A stretch of DNA of 64,000 nt from NCBI RefSeq assembly GCF_006345805.1, contig NC_043019.1, forward strand, positions 6,633,360 through 6,697,359. Direction: 5' to 3'. The notes beneath the pieces were generated by a model. That model had not been told where the DNA came from. It ran no database searches and was given only the letters and a program-made list of their open reading frames with translations. The position numbers and the translations under genes were made by a program. Shown here one piece after another: positions 40,450-53,377 of this stretch (position 1 is its first letter; each line of letters opens with the position of its first letter). Origin of the DNA: Octopus sinensis (taxonomy: Eukaryota).

Positions 40450-41670
40450 TTGTAATATTCCAAGCATTCATATTTCTAAGAAAGAATTTCTTGTTACATT
40501 TGTCCATGACAAAATTAGTTGCCGTGAATGGTTTAAAAAATAATTCCCTAAAAATTTGTGATTGGGATTAACAAAATATTTCCATTATGACGCTTTTATT
40601 TCTTGTTCAAATGGATTAACGCAGGCATATTTTAGCTGTAAAATATTTTGTTAACCCACCAGAATCATATATGCTGATGCAATCGTTATCTGTTTTACAT
40701 CATCAGTGTGATATCTAGAGAAAGCTCCAGCGTGGCCATCTGCGTTTCAAACAATCTATAGCATGTCTGTCACCTTCGACACAACACGCAGCTACACGTT
40801 TGTAAAACTTTAGAGGCTTACGTTTGAATATGTCCTGTAGCAGCTGTTTAGCAGTTGTTGTCAAATAATATTGTACAGCGCTGTTTTCTGTATTCCCTTC
40901 TGTGCAAACACATACAGCTTTACTCTCATCTCAATCAATAGTCAGCAAGCATTTCGAAATACGGTGCAATTTTATCAGCATTCTCCGTTTTGATTAAATA
41001 AGTTCAGGAATATCACTAACAAAAGACGATTCTTTGGAATTAAATAAATGTTTTCCTTCATTTTAAGCATAAGTTTACTCACTATTATTCTCCAGCGTAG
41101 CATGATAAAATGCTGATTTGTAAAATGTGTAATCCATTTAGGACTTGCTTTCAAATGATGATTAAGTGTCACTAGTTGTTTCCGTTATAAAGCTCGAAGT
41201 TTCATCTTCTTAATCAGAAAGAAACACAACAGCGTCTCGCAAATCGTGTAAAACCTTTTCAATTTAGCTTGCAACAGCAATTTTGTTTTTTTCTAAAGAA
41301 TCTTACATTTTCCGAAGAAGTGCTTTCTCTCGTATTTCTGACGCAAACACATAATGGATTCATCAATTCCCAATTCTCAAACTGCGTCACTATTTCCATT
41401 TATTTCCATTATAGAAACCCAACTTCATCTGTAGAAGAGCGGCAATGTTCAAAGTATTAATATAACGAAGAACACCGTGGCAATTTATGTACAGGGTTAA
41501 ACATAGTTTTTAGAGAAAAAAAAGTATATGGCATAACTTCAGCAAACCATTTGTGAAGGAAGAAATAATCCGAGAAAAGCGGATTCACAATTTCTTGCTG
41601 AACATCTGGCACCAATAATTGCTTTACAGTGATCGAACTTTGGTATTGTAGATTAGCAGAGCCCTTTATC
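40450..41670 (-). pseudogene. Decayed coding remnant of a probable DNA transposon (possibly NOF/MULE-like)
   Basis: About 1.2 kb of non-microsatellite sequence whose minus strand gives protein-like segments separated by stops (PLFSDYFFLHKWFAEVMPY; FENW..LLRKM*DSL; TENSAVQYYLTTTAKQLLQDIFKRKP). The family assignment is a guess. Confidence 0.3.
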
Positions 41671-41689
41671 AAATCGGCGTACATGTACA

Positions 41690-41840
41690 AGTGCCCATGG
41701 ATGCAACACGTCCGAGTTGGAGGGAACACAGAGTAACATGGAATAAAGGGTTGTGCTCAAGAACACATGGCACCACCCTGTCTAGGAATTGAAACCACCA
41801 TCTCGGGATCGCGAGAGCATCACTAACTACAAGGCCATGC
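41690..41840 (-). mobile_element. Old family B-like SINE head fragment
   Basis: Reverse complement TGGCCTTGTAGTTAG..GGTTTCAATTCC..GTGTTCTTGAGCACAAC. Confidence 0.6.
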
Positions 41841-41949
41841 GATCTCACAACATAACATATACGTGTGTGTGCGTGCATGTGTATATGCCTTTACGTTTAT
41901 ATATATATATTGATTTACACATGTGTGATTTGTTGCTTAAGTAACGCAG

Positions 41950-43022
41950 GCCATGGTCAGCTACCAAAGATGCCACAGGAAAGATCTCCTTCTAAATAAT
42001 AATACAGCTATTGTTGACAAGAAGACTGATAAAAGTCAAACATCTAATCTTAAGGAGGAAGCACTCCGTCGGTTACGACGACGAGGGTTCCGGTTGATCC
42101 GAATCAACGGAACAGCCTGTTCGTGAAATTAACGTGTAAGTGGCTGAGCACTCCACAGAGACGTGTACCCTTAACGTAGTTCTCGGGGATATTCATCGTG
42201 ACACAGAGAGTGACAAGGCCGGCCCTTTGAAATACAGGTACAACAGAAACAGGAAGTAAGAGTGAGAGAAAGTTGTGGTGAAAGAGTACAGCAGGGATCA
42301 CCACCATCCCCTGCCGGAGACTCGTGGAGCTTTAGGTGTTTTCGCTCAATAAACACTTACAACGCCCGGTCTGGGAATCGAAACCGCGATCCTATGACCG
42401 CGAGTCCGCTGCCCTAACCACTGGGCCATTGCGCCTCCACGAATATCTAATCAGCCTCATGGTGTTATGAGTGATCACTAGCAACGTCATGCCTCTATCT
42501 TTCCACTCGGACTCAAACTCAACACGGAGGTTTACATCAAATGTCTGGAGGAGGTAGTACTGCCCTGAACGAAGAGGTTGGCTGCTGGAAAGCAACAGGA
42601 ATCTGTATCACGCCATGAAAGCAGGAGAACCCAGTCGTGGTTGTCAGAGAATTTCTGCGACAGCACCACCCCTAACATCTTGCAACATATCTCCTCAGAC
42701 TGCAAACATATCGATTATTATGTGTGGGGTGCAGTTGAGCAAGAGACCATCGAAACTCCTTTTAACGCCAAAGATGAACTGAAGGTAAAGACTATGGCAG
42801 CATTCACGAACTTAAACAAGGAGACCATCCAGAAAGTGGCAGAAGATTCCAAAGTCATCTGGAGGCCGTTGTTGAAGCCAATGATGATTTTATTGAATAA
42901 ATTTACCCTTTAGTATTTCAATATATTTTTATGTGCATTTGATAAAAATATCTGTTAAAATAAGATGCCTGTGTTATTTTCATTTTTCCCTAATTTAGAT
43001 GATAATTTATTCACCACTGCCC
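41950..43022 (+). pseudogene. Tc1/mariner-superfamily (maT/DD37D-like) transposase remnant interrupted by a SINE
   Basis: LMVL.VITS, GLKLNTEVYIKCLEEVVLP, QQES (QQDS), SSDCKHIDYYVWGAVEQET (WPPNSPDCNPLDYYVW-like), ending near TIR-like ATTTATTCACCACTGCCC at ~43005-43022. Confidence 0.85.
42061..42440 (-). mobile_element. SINE family C, full length, inserted in the Tc1-like remnant
   Basis: Near-identical reverse complement of 10600-10980; ATCTAATC occurs on both sides (possible TSD). Confidence 0.95.
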
Positions 43023-43249
43023 CTCTCTCTCCCTCTCTCTCTATATATATATATATAGACATACATACTCACCTGATGTGTGAGTATGCGGTGTTTGTGC
43101 GTTTCTCTCTCGCTGTTGGGTGAGTGTTCGATCATTTTACATTTAAGAGGTACATTTGGTTGGAAGATGTGTCTCTATCTGGTGTATATACATGTGTGTT
43201 CGTGTGTGCCTATGTGTCCATGCTGTTCAAGCAGATATATATATATGAG

Positions 43250-43304
<55 letters not shown>

Positions 43305-43473
43305 TCATGATATAAAATGAATAGTTACTATTAACGGTGATATATAGTTAATGCGACACTTCAGTGAAACTTTCACTGAAGTTGAAAACTTGTGTGCGTG
43401 TGTTTTTATGTGTTTGTTATACACAACCACACACACACACACACACGTATATATATATATATCTATATATATA

Positions 43474-43510
<37 letters not shown>

Positions 43511-43899
43511 GTGTTTGGAATGTGTGAGCATATGAATATGTTTCTGCAAACGAGTAAATGCCTAAGACCATCTCCACGAACGGAATTATCACAGCGTAAG
43601 CACCATATTCCAGTTCGTCTCATCATTGTTCATAAGAATTCAAAATCATTTAAATATACTTCATTCGAAAAATCAGAAATTAGAAATCTATTTATTCATT
43701 TATTCATTTATCAACTCCAATGCTAATTCGGAGTTGACGAAATTGCTACTATAAAGCAAAAGTTGCTGAATAAAATCTAGGTGTCGAGACATTTCTGATA
43801 GGTAAGTTAACATTTGCAATATTTTACGACCGTCATTACTTTCTAAGATTTAAGTGGAATCATTTGTAATTATTTCTTGCAATAAATATTGAATTTATT

Positions 43900-43999
43900 N
43901 NNNNNNNNNNNNNNNNNNNNNNNNNNNNNNNNNNNNNNNNNNNNNNNNNNNNNNNNNNNNNNNNNNNNNNNNNNNNNNNNNNNNNNNNNNNNNNNNNNN
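43900..43999. other. Assembly gap (100 N)
   Basis: Run of exactly 100 N, the usual placeholder for a gap of unknown size. Confidence 0.99.
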
Positions 44000-44691
44000 G
44001 TGTTGCATATGCGATCCCTTGTCACACTCACTCTCGACATTGCAACTGCAATAATCGTGTTACCGCATCAAACATCGATAATGTTCAGATGAGAATAACA
44101 GCGTGTACAACATAATAAAACGAAAATGAACGGTAACATCAAAACCATATCTCATGTTATATTTTGCCGAGCTATCAATAACCTTGATGATTACGTTAAA
44201 TTCACAGAGATATAATACAAAGTCCTGATACCGTATATGTAAACAGCATAAATACTGCATTTTATGTAAACCTGGTATCACCACTCCGTGAATGATAGAG
44301 ATTCTTCCTGATATTTCCATTATGTTGCGCTGCTGTTGCTGTCAACTGATTTAATGGGGCTCTGGATGTATTGAATATTTTTGTTTTGGTTTATAGAACT
44401 CTGGTGATTATCAGAATAGATAACGTGTTGTACGACATTATTCTCTGTTTGTTTTCACTCCGAGCTGTTTGCAAGATGGACGTCAACGAATTTTGCTTTG
44501 TTGACGTGTCATCGTCGCTTCGCCCTGCATCGGAGCAAGTTCAATGTGCGATGATTTACAGTTATCAAACCCCCTGTATGAATACATAGATACACACACT
44601 CATACATACATTTATATAAATGAATACATACACACACAACACACATACACACATATACGTATATACACGCACACAAACACACACACACACA

Positions 44692-45130
44692 CTAGCAATG
44701 CATCCCGGCGTTGCCCGGGTGTTATGGCTTACAGCTTCATTGTATTATTTGTTCCTTTCTTATGGGTAGAATCAGCACAACTGATGTATAGCGGATTTGA
44801 TTATTGGCATAATGGAAGCTATTGTTTGTTTCAAAATGAAATGGAGGAGAGGGTACAATTACATGGGCTTGCAAAAAAGTACATGAAAATGCTTTCTGTC
44901 CTCAAGAAAGATCACAAACTATGGGCTTAATGCGATTTTTTGACCAGAAATCACGCTTTCAAAATTTTAGTGTCACACCGACCCCACCCAAGTTTCGTAA
45001 TTTGTAACATTTTTTTTTTTTTACCCATGTTGAAAAATACGAAGATTACGAATTTGGGAAATTCATTTTGTTTCAAGGTTTAGTTTTTCTTAAAGAAACA
45101 CTCAAAGCCTCTTCGCCCACTTCGTTCACC
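44692..45130 (-). mobile_element. Helitron-like element 3' terminus (5' end not found)
   Basis: A-CTAG-CAATGCATCCCGGCGTTGCCCGGG matches the terminal hairpin plus CTAG of the 34719 and 11427 ends. Confidence 0.65.
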
Positions 45131-45192
45131 CATCACTTACCCGATTTCAAAAAAAAAAAAATAGAAACACCCAATATTTCACTTTCGACTGA

Positions 45193-45300
45193 TGGCGTAG
45201 AAGTTAAGAGCGCGGGCTACTAGTCCCAAGATTCGGAGTTCGATGCCAAGCAGTGACCTGAACAACAACAATAATAATAATAATAATAATAGTAATAACA
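45193..45300 (+). mobile_element. Short tRNA-derived SINE family E with (AAT)n tail
   Basis: TGGCGTAGAAGTTAAGAGCGCGGGCTACTAGTCCCAAGATTCGGAGTTCGATGCC; homologous inverted copy at 46868-46933. Confidence 0.8.
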
Positions 45301-45411
45301 ACATCGAATGCGAACCCAGGTTCGAAATTTCCTTAAGAAGGGTGGATGGTAATATATGCCAAAACACGATGAGGACAAATATCGTCGAATGTAAATAATG
45401 TATATAATGTA

Positions 45412-45532
45412 CAACGGGCTTCTTTCAGTTTCTGTCTACCAAATCTCCACACCCAAGGTGCCACGCAGTGGGATTGAACCAGGAACCATGTGGTTGGTAA
45501 GCAATATATACACATAGGCCAATCCTGCACCA
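45412..45532 (-). mobile_element. SINE family D 5' fragment with internal deletion
   Basis: CGGGCTTTCTTTCAGTTTCTGTCTACCAAATC..CCAAGGTGCCACGCAGTGGGATTGAACC..CATGTGGTTGGTAAGCAA. Confidence 0.85.
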
Positions 45533-45575
<43 letters not shown>

Positions 45576-46094
45576 ATGTATATATACTTATGCACTTATG
45601 TGTTCGTGTGTTTGTATGTGTGTATAAGTATGTGTACGCCATAGACATACGTGTGTGTGCCTCTTTATCTCCGAAGCCATAACTGCCGGCGCAGTTGCCA
45701 TATATTCTCATAAAGATATTTCTGTATTTATATAGTTGAAATTATGTTGAACTCTATATCAACGACCCACTAAACCTGATACTCTGCTATCTATAAGTGT
45801 TATCTATAATCATATTTATTATCCAGGTTGCTACTAAATATATCTAAATATATCATTCTATTTGCGTATCAATCCATCGCTCTCTTTCTCCAATCCATTC
45901 ATGCTCCTTCTAATTTATGTGTCTCAGTGTATACGTACGGCCTGCTTGTGCGTACGTGCGGACATGATTGTGTGTGAGTCACAGATTGAATTTACATACA
46001 TATAATAGAAATAGCGTAAACGAACGAGAGACCAATTACATTCATATTTTGTATTATATTCAGAAGGTAACCAATGAAAGGCAATGCATGTATA

Positions 46095-46280
46095 TTCTTT
46101 TTGCGGGGGAGGGGGACAACCGATTAGATCGACTCCAGTATGCAACTGGTACTTGATTTATTGAACCCTATAGGATGAAAGGCAAAGTCGACCTCGGCGG
46201 GATTTGAACTCAGAACTGAAAGACAGACGAAATACTTCTAAGCATTTCACCCGGAGTGATAAAGTTTCAGCTAGTTCCCC
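46095..46280 (-). mobile_element. SINE family A
   Basis: GGATGAAAGGCAAAGTCGACCTCGGCGGGATTTGAACTCAGAAC is the family A core in reverse. Confidence 0.88.
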
Positions 46281-46315
46281 TTATTTATTCATTTACATAA
46301 TACATACATACATAG

Positions 46316-46373
<58 letters not shown>

Positions 46374-46649
46374 GGGTACATATATATATATACATATATA
46401 TATATGATACTATATCATATATACAATATATATCTATACCTATATATATATAATATATATTATATATATATGGGTGTATATACTATATATACATATATAT
46501 ATATATATGTATATATATATAACCAATATAATATATATATATTTATATATGCTATAAGTTCAGCAACAGGATATCCAGCGGTAATGCAGTACTATCGTTT
46601 CCCGCAACTCCATTTAATTGAAAAAATGCACTACTATCTACATCGTACA

Positions 46650-46867
46650 TCTTCTTCTTCTTCTTCTTCTTCTTTCTTCTTCTTCTTCTTCTTCTTCTTC
46701 TTTCTTTCTTCTTCTTCTTCTTTTCTTCTTCTTCTTCTATCTTCTTATCTATATTATTATTAGTAATTATTATATTATTATTATTATTATTATTATTATT
46801 GTTGTTGTTGGTTGTTCTTCTTCTCTTCTTCTTCTTCTTGTAGTATTATTATATTATTATTATTATC
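46650..46867. repeat. (TTC)n/(TTA)n compound microsatellite
   Basis: Read directly from sequence. Confidence 0.95.
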
Positions 46868-46933
46868 ATTCAGACCACTGCCTGAAATCGAACTCGGAAT
46901 CTTAGGGTTAGTAACTCGCACTCCTAACCACTA
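46868..46933 (-). mobile_element. SINE family E
   Basis: Reverse complement TAGTGGTTAGGAGTGCGAGTTACTAACCCTAAGATTCCGAGTTCGATTTCAGGCAGTGGTCTGAAT, then (AAT)n. Confidence 0.8.
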
Positions 46934-48545
46934 TCAATTTATCTAACCAACTTATCCGAGTGATTAACAATAATGGAGTGGAGTTGCACCTGTGGGCGTG
47001 CTATTATTTCTGACATAATGACTCTATCAAGACACAACAAAAATTGTTTTAATATACGAGTTCTCATTAAGAATCTTGTAAACCAAATCCAACAGGACAT
47101 AAAAATAATTACATACACACATACATATATTCATACATTTATGTCTCTCTGTATGTGTATGTGTGTGTGTGAGGGGGATTTATATCGATAAATTATTCAG
47201 TCACATGACGGAAAATGTTAACACTCAACTTGGCAATGTTTCAAAGTGTATTACTATACGTGAATCGCTATATCGCATCTACTCGAGACGATTGGTCATG
47301 ATGTATAGAGCACAATTATGAAATTGTGTTGTCGGTGGGCAAAACACAAACACACACGCACACACACAAACACACACAGACAAACAAACACGTACACAAG
47401 TACATATACATGTATGTGTATTTAGTTATGTGTATATATAAATATATTTTATATTATGTATATTATATATATATAATATATCGTATAGTATACAGATACA
47501 TACATCTATATATATATAGATATATATAATTATATAATATATATATTACATATATATACATATATAATATATATATATATATATTTATATATATACCTAT
47601 ACATATTTGTATATATATACAAATGTTTTAAATATATATGTATATATATATTGTATATATCGTATATATATATATTATATATATATATATATAATATATG
47701 TGGGTATATATATATATATGTATAATATATACATATATAATGTATAATATAGAGAGAGAGGGAGAGAGAGAGAGATGATGATGATGATGATGATGATACT
47801 GAGGATGATGATGATGCTGAGGATGATGATGATGGTGGTGATGATGATAAAGTCATATGCTATGTGGTTAGTTCGATAATTGTTATCGCAAATGGTTTTC
47901 GACTCAATCTCCAGCGTACACTGATTTATGGCCAGTTTGTAAAAATAGCTTGTTTTAGGATGTAGGGTAATTGGAGCTAAATACGTCGCTGCGAGAGCAG
48001 AAGAAGCTTAAAAGACGCTGGAGAAATAATCCAGCAGGAATTCAGCAATATACGATTGCAACTAGCTCGTTCGTATTTATGCGTATATACAAATACAAAC
48101 GCGCACGCGTACAGAAACGCGTGCGCGACTATAAGCCTTACGTATATTTGTATCATGTGAATTTCGAAATTTTAAGAAATATGAAATAAATTGCTTTTAA
48201 TGTTGGAACAAGAAGTAAAGAAAAGTTATGAATAATAGTCTTAAAATTTCTTTCTGATGACTGCCAGATATATTTATATTTTTTCCTATTCAAGGTAATT
48301 TTCACGTAATATTCCACATTTTTTTAAAGAATTTAGTTTGGATTTAATCGTGCAAAACAAATTACACGTATTGAACAAATCAACTACAGTCCATAAAAAT
48401 ATGGATATAAGCATAGAAACTTACTTGATAATTTTGCCTAACCGCTATGTTACATGGACGAAAACAAACCAACACTGGTTATCTGTGAAGGTGAGGGAGG
48501 ACAATAGAAACAATGTGAATATACATAAGTATATGCACATATATA

Positions 48546-48942
48546 GGCGCAGGAGTGGCTGTGTTGTAAGTAGCTTGCTTACCAACCACATGGTTCCGGA
48601 TTCATTCCCGCTAGGTGGCACCTTGGTCAAGTGTCTTCTACTATAGCCTCGGACCGACCAAAGCCTTGTGAGTGGAGTTGGTAGACGGAAACTGAAAGAA
48701 GCCTGTCGTATATATGTATACATATATATATGTATGTGTGTATATGTTTGTGTGTCCGTGTTTCTCCCCCCAACATCGCTTGACAACCGATGTGTTTACG
48801 TACCCGTATCTCAGCGTTTCGGCAAAAGCAACCGATAGAATAAGTACTAGGCTTACAAAGAATAAGTCCTGGGGTCGATTTGCTCGACTAAAGGCGGTGC
48901 TCCACCATCGCCGCAGTCAAGTGACTGAAACGAGTAAAGAGT
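48546..48942 (+). mobile_element. SINE family D, full length
   Basis: Colinear with the other family D copies. Confidence 0.95.
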
Positions 48943-49586
48943 ATATATATGTATATATATATATATAAAATGATCCATCAAGGAGTTATTTTACGAAATT
49001 TTCATTACACAATGTCAAATGTGTAAACTGACTGTCAGTATAAACTGACTGCAACGCATCTCAACATGTCACCCATACACATTACACGGAGATATAATTA
49101 CACGCACATACTTACACCCAGACACCTACGAACATAGAATCACATGTATATGAAAAAAAAGAACTAATATTCTAGAAATAATTTTTGCGATGGCGGAAGC
49201 GTCATCTAAATAGGAAATATTGATATCGAAAGAAAACTCTAGAGAAGTCACACTTTCATGGAGACAGAAGTAACAATAAGCGAATAAATATAGCCAATAT
49301 AGGTTTAAAAGTGGATCGATGAAATAAGAAAGCTTGTAAGTAAGCATTAGGCTGTTTAGGTTATTTTTTTTTATCTGAAAATACATTAAGCAGACCCAAA
49401 ACATTTTACACGAAGTCAGAAGACCGGATCACTTTAAAATCTACAAATACAAGGCACGGATAATTCTTATCACCACTTTTAGCATTTTTAAATCTGAGTA
49501 TATAGATTTATATACATACATACATATGCATATATATATATATCTATAAACAAACATACATACATATACATACATATATATATAAG

Positions 49587-49644
<58 letters not shown>

Positions 49645-49645
<1 letters not shown>

Positions 49646-49785
49646 TCATGAGTTGCCATGATAGATCGCTAGCCACTACACAAATTTTTCTCTCCTTTTT
49701 TTCTCTACTTGTTCTTTTCTGTGTCCCTTTCTGTAGAAGAGCGTAGGCTCGAAACGTAGAAGACTTTTTTCTATTCCTGAGCTTC
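49645..49785 (+). mobile_element. PLE pLTR-like fragment, family 2, with hammerhead-like motif 49727-49762 (core CTGTAGA)
   Basis: CTTT-CTGTAGA-A-GAGC(GTAG)GCTC-GAA-ACGT-A-GAAG; homologous to 28538-28590. Confidence 0.6.
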
Positions 49786-49935
49786 TTTCAATTTCTGTCT
49801 TCCAAATCCAAATAAGAGGCTTTGGTCGGCACGAGGCTATAGTAAAAATCATTTGCGGAAGATGCCACGCAGTGGTACTGAACCCGTAACCATGTGGTTG
49901 GCAAGCAAGCTACTTACCACACAGTCACTACTTCA
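49785..49935 (-). mobile_element. SINE family D 5' half
   Basis: GGCTTTGGTCGGCACGAGGCTATAGTA..GCCACGCAGTGGTACTGAACCC..CATGTGGTTGGCAAGCAAGCTACTTACCACACAG. Confidence 0.88.
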
Positions 49936-50039
49936 CCTATATATATATATTTGTGTGTGTGTGTGTATATATCTATCTATTATCTATTATTGTATATACA
50001 TATATATGTATCTATGTATATATATATGATATATATATA

Positions 50040-50128
<89 letters not shown>

Positions 50129-50142
50129 ATATATATATAGAT

Positions 50143-50181
<39 letters not shown>

Positions 50182-50268
50182 ATGAATAGATAGGCAGATA
50201 GATACATAAATATATACATATAGGTAAACAGTCATCTTTGAGTCTATACATTTGCTCTGCTACTATTT

Positions 50269-50314
<46 letters not shown>

Positions 50315-50631
50315 GTGTGTGTGGTGTGTGGTGTGTGTGTGTATGCGAGTATATGTATATGCATGCATACTACATACCTAAATATATACATATATATGTA
50401 GGTGTGCATAGATCGAGTTTACTTTCTAACACACTTGAGTATATTTATTTCAGTATTATAGATGCAGATATAAGTACGTTGGTGCGCTGATATGAGTTAT
50501 GGAGACTTTTACGCACCTACAAAAGTTGACAAACCGATGCTGGTTTTGTTTATAGCGTCATCATCTGTGAATGTTTGAATATGTTCCGATGAATGTGACT
50601 AAGTCTCTGTGTGTCTGTTGTGTGTGTGAAG

Positions 50632-50675
<44 letters not shown>

Positions 50676-50846
50676 TGTGTACTGATATAGATTTGCTTGT
50701 GTTACGCTCTCCCTAGGAAGCATTATTAGCATTAAAACCAATTCCGTGATCAAATGATCGAAAAAAATTAATAGTACTAAACAAGGTAAACGAGCGCTCG
50801 CGCGCACACCCCCAGAGAAGCACACATATAGGCGCACATACTTATA

Positions 50847-50894
<48 letters not shown>

Positions 50895-51013
50895 CACACA
50901 CACACACACAAATGTATATATATATGTACATAAATACAATCATATATACGTGTGTGTGTAATATGTATTATGTACATGTATACATACATAAATACCTACA
51001 TACATACGTATAT

Positions 51014-51045
<32 letters not shown>

Positions 51046-52059
51046 GCCCGCACACACACATATATGTATATATATATATAATACATATCTATATATATAT
51101 ATATATATATTATATATTATATATATATATATATAAGAATATATAAACGTTTCTTGTTTTCTATTTTGTTGTTGTTGTTTCTTCACGTATGTCAATATTT
51201 GCATTAGGTTGTTGTTTTTTTTTATTTGTTATTTTTATTTCAGCAGCAAATATATCGATTTCCTTCACAACAAAACTAGATACATCAATCGCAGAATCTG
51301 TATCAGAATCTACACTTGTTTTCTACTATCGTTTGAATATATTCAACAACAAAAAAAAGTGACAAGAACAACAACAACAACAAAACAGAATCAATATATG
51401 GTAATTGGAAGAATGAATAGCCGAATGGTTATAGCTGTACAGTACTTGAAGCATTTGTACTTTCTATGATATCCACCGGTAACATATATTGTATATTGAT
51501 CACCTCACCGAAAAACAACAACACAACAACGATGTAAGTACTAGATCAGTGATAATGCGCCATATTACATTCAGACCGGTGTTTCAAAGTTGAAATTTAT
51601 TCAATAATGTTTTTAAAAGCAATGTTTTTTTTTTTAATCTAGATATATATTTTGGTTGCGTGTAGAAGCATTGCATGTAATCTGTCATAATTTGATATTG
51701 TATTACCTGTTATTTATTTTTTTTACCGTTTCCTTGTATCAGTCACCGGACTCAGCCCATCGTAGACTGCCGCTATGTGGTGTTTAGTCTAACACATCAA
51801 CTGCAGTACTAGTTTTTGTTTGTTTCATTTTACCAGTTCGATATCGTTTACGGTTCAGTGACGGAGAATTAAACGTACCAATAGCGGTTGTCAAGCATGA
51901 GAGCAAAAACACAGATCGCAGCAGACGAGAATCTTTTGTCTTTGGCGTCGGAGTTATGTGTGCTTATTCGATGTCCTAAGAAGGCGGCCAGTATAGAGAA
52001 TACTTTTTGCTATTAAAAGTGTTTCCGTCACCAATAATAACAGCAACAACACCAAAAAC

Positions 52060-52101
52060 AACAATAACAGTAATAATAATAATAATAAAATAATAATAAT
52101 A

Positions 52102-52153
<52 letters not shown>
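52060..52153. repeat. (AAT)n microsatellite
   Basis: Read directly from sequence. Confidence 0.97.
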
Positions 52154-52156
<3 letters not shown>

Positions 52157-52501
52157 GTCCAGGTACAGTACCAGGCAGTGGCTCTCGTGGCTACTGATCT
52201 TAACTGATTGGAAGTGTTATCATGTACATTGTTTTGTCTTGGTATAAAAGATGGCCTACAGCAAATATTCTGCTCAATACCACAGATTTGCTTGTCAATT
52301 GTTTGAGCTTAACCAGTTGAGCATGTCCCTTAGTGGCTGACGACATCGAACACATTTGTGTTTACGTGGGAATATGTAGGACTGTATTGGTATAATCTTT
52401 GGTGCGTGATTTCAAATAGTTCGCCATGATAAATAATTACTCATCATTACCGGCCATTTTATCGCCGTCCAAACACATCTTCAAAAGTAACGGCATGCTG
52501 T

Positions 52502-52582
<81 letters not shown>
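52502..52582. repeat. Pure (TAC)n microsatellite
   Basis: About 27 uninterrupted units; source of the poly-Val ORF 52481..52672. Confidence 0.97.
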
Positions 52583-53189
52583 CTCTACTGGTTTGTTCAG
52601 AATAGGATTTGTCACATTCATATAAAAGCCTGGAAGATTTATCTGGAATAATGATTTCGTTTTCATATACATTTCAAAGCATATTAGCAGATAAAGGTAG
52701 ATATATGGTTTCTTTCACAGAGATACGTACAGGATATTCTCACAAAAATACATACATACACACGCACAAAAACGCATACATGCCTACACATAGACATACA
52801 TACACATTGAAATTACAGTCACTGCCCACATAAAAATGCATAGATACATACACAAACAGACATTATATATATTTGTAGATGCAGGCGTGGCATGGGCGTA
52901 GCATAGAAGTTTCTTAGGCGTGCGAATGGCTGTGTGGTTAGAAATGTTTCCAGGTTCAGTCTCGACGTGTGTCACCTTGGACGAGCGGGGTTGTGAGTAA
53001 CCCTACCTCACTTGGTACAGGGAGCTTGCGGCCCCCATTGTCAGTTATTAGGTAAGTAGTGCTTCCACGTGGCTAAGAGATGTTCTGACTCTTATTTCTA
53101 GCAATGCCGATGTAGACTAATACCCACATTCACCTTAGGGACGTTTCTAATTGTATGTTTCATTTGTAAATTACGAATAAGCCACTTTG

Positions 53190-53232
<43 letters not shown>

Positions 53233-53377
53233 GACTAATGTAGGATAAATTTTTTTCGGGAAAAAAAATTTATCAATGACCAGCATATCAAAAAATAACT
53301 TTAAAGGTTAAATTCATAAATAATTTACAAAATAAGGGCAAAAGAAAAATTCTAATGCCAAATATGCCGTAAAAAAG

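Noticed and set aside
43780-43806. Strong donor ATAG|GTAAGT with putative microexon GVETFLI
   Set aside because: Acceptor is weak, longer extensions contain stops, and the site is next to the gap.
45193-45260. tRNA gene (also the heads at 7648, 10600, 13182 and 46868)
   Set aside because: A and B boxes are present, but acceptor stems do not pair and the heads continue into SINE bodies or tails.
45300-45405. Possible further hammerhead relic (AAGAAGG...GCCAAAAC) after SINE E
   Set aside because: Neither CUGANGA nor GAAA survives in this copy.
52155-52350. Possible 3' end of an (AAT)n-associated non-LTR element
   Set aside because: Single copy in the window with no coding motif, so it cannot be supported from this sequence alone.
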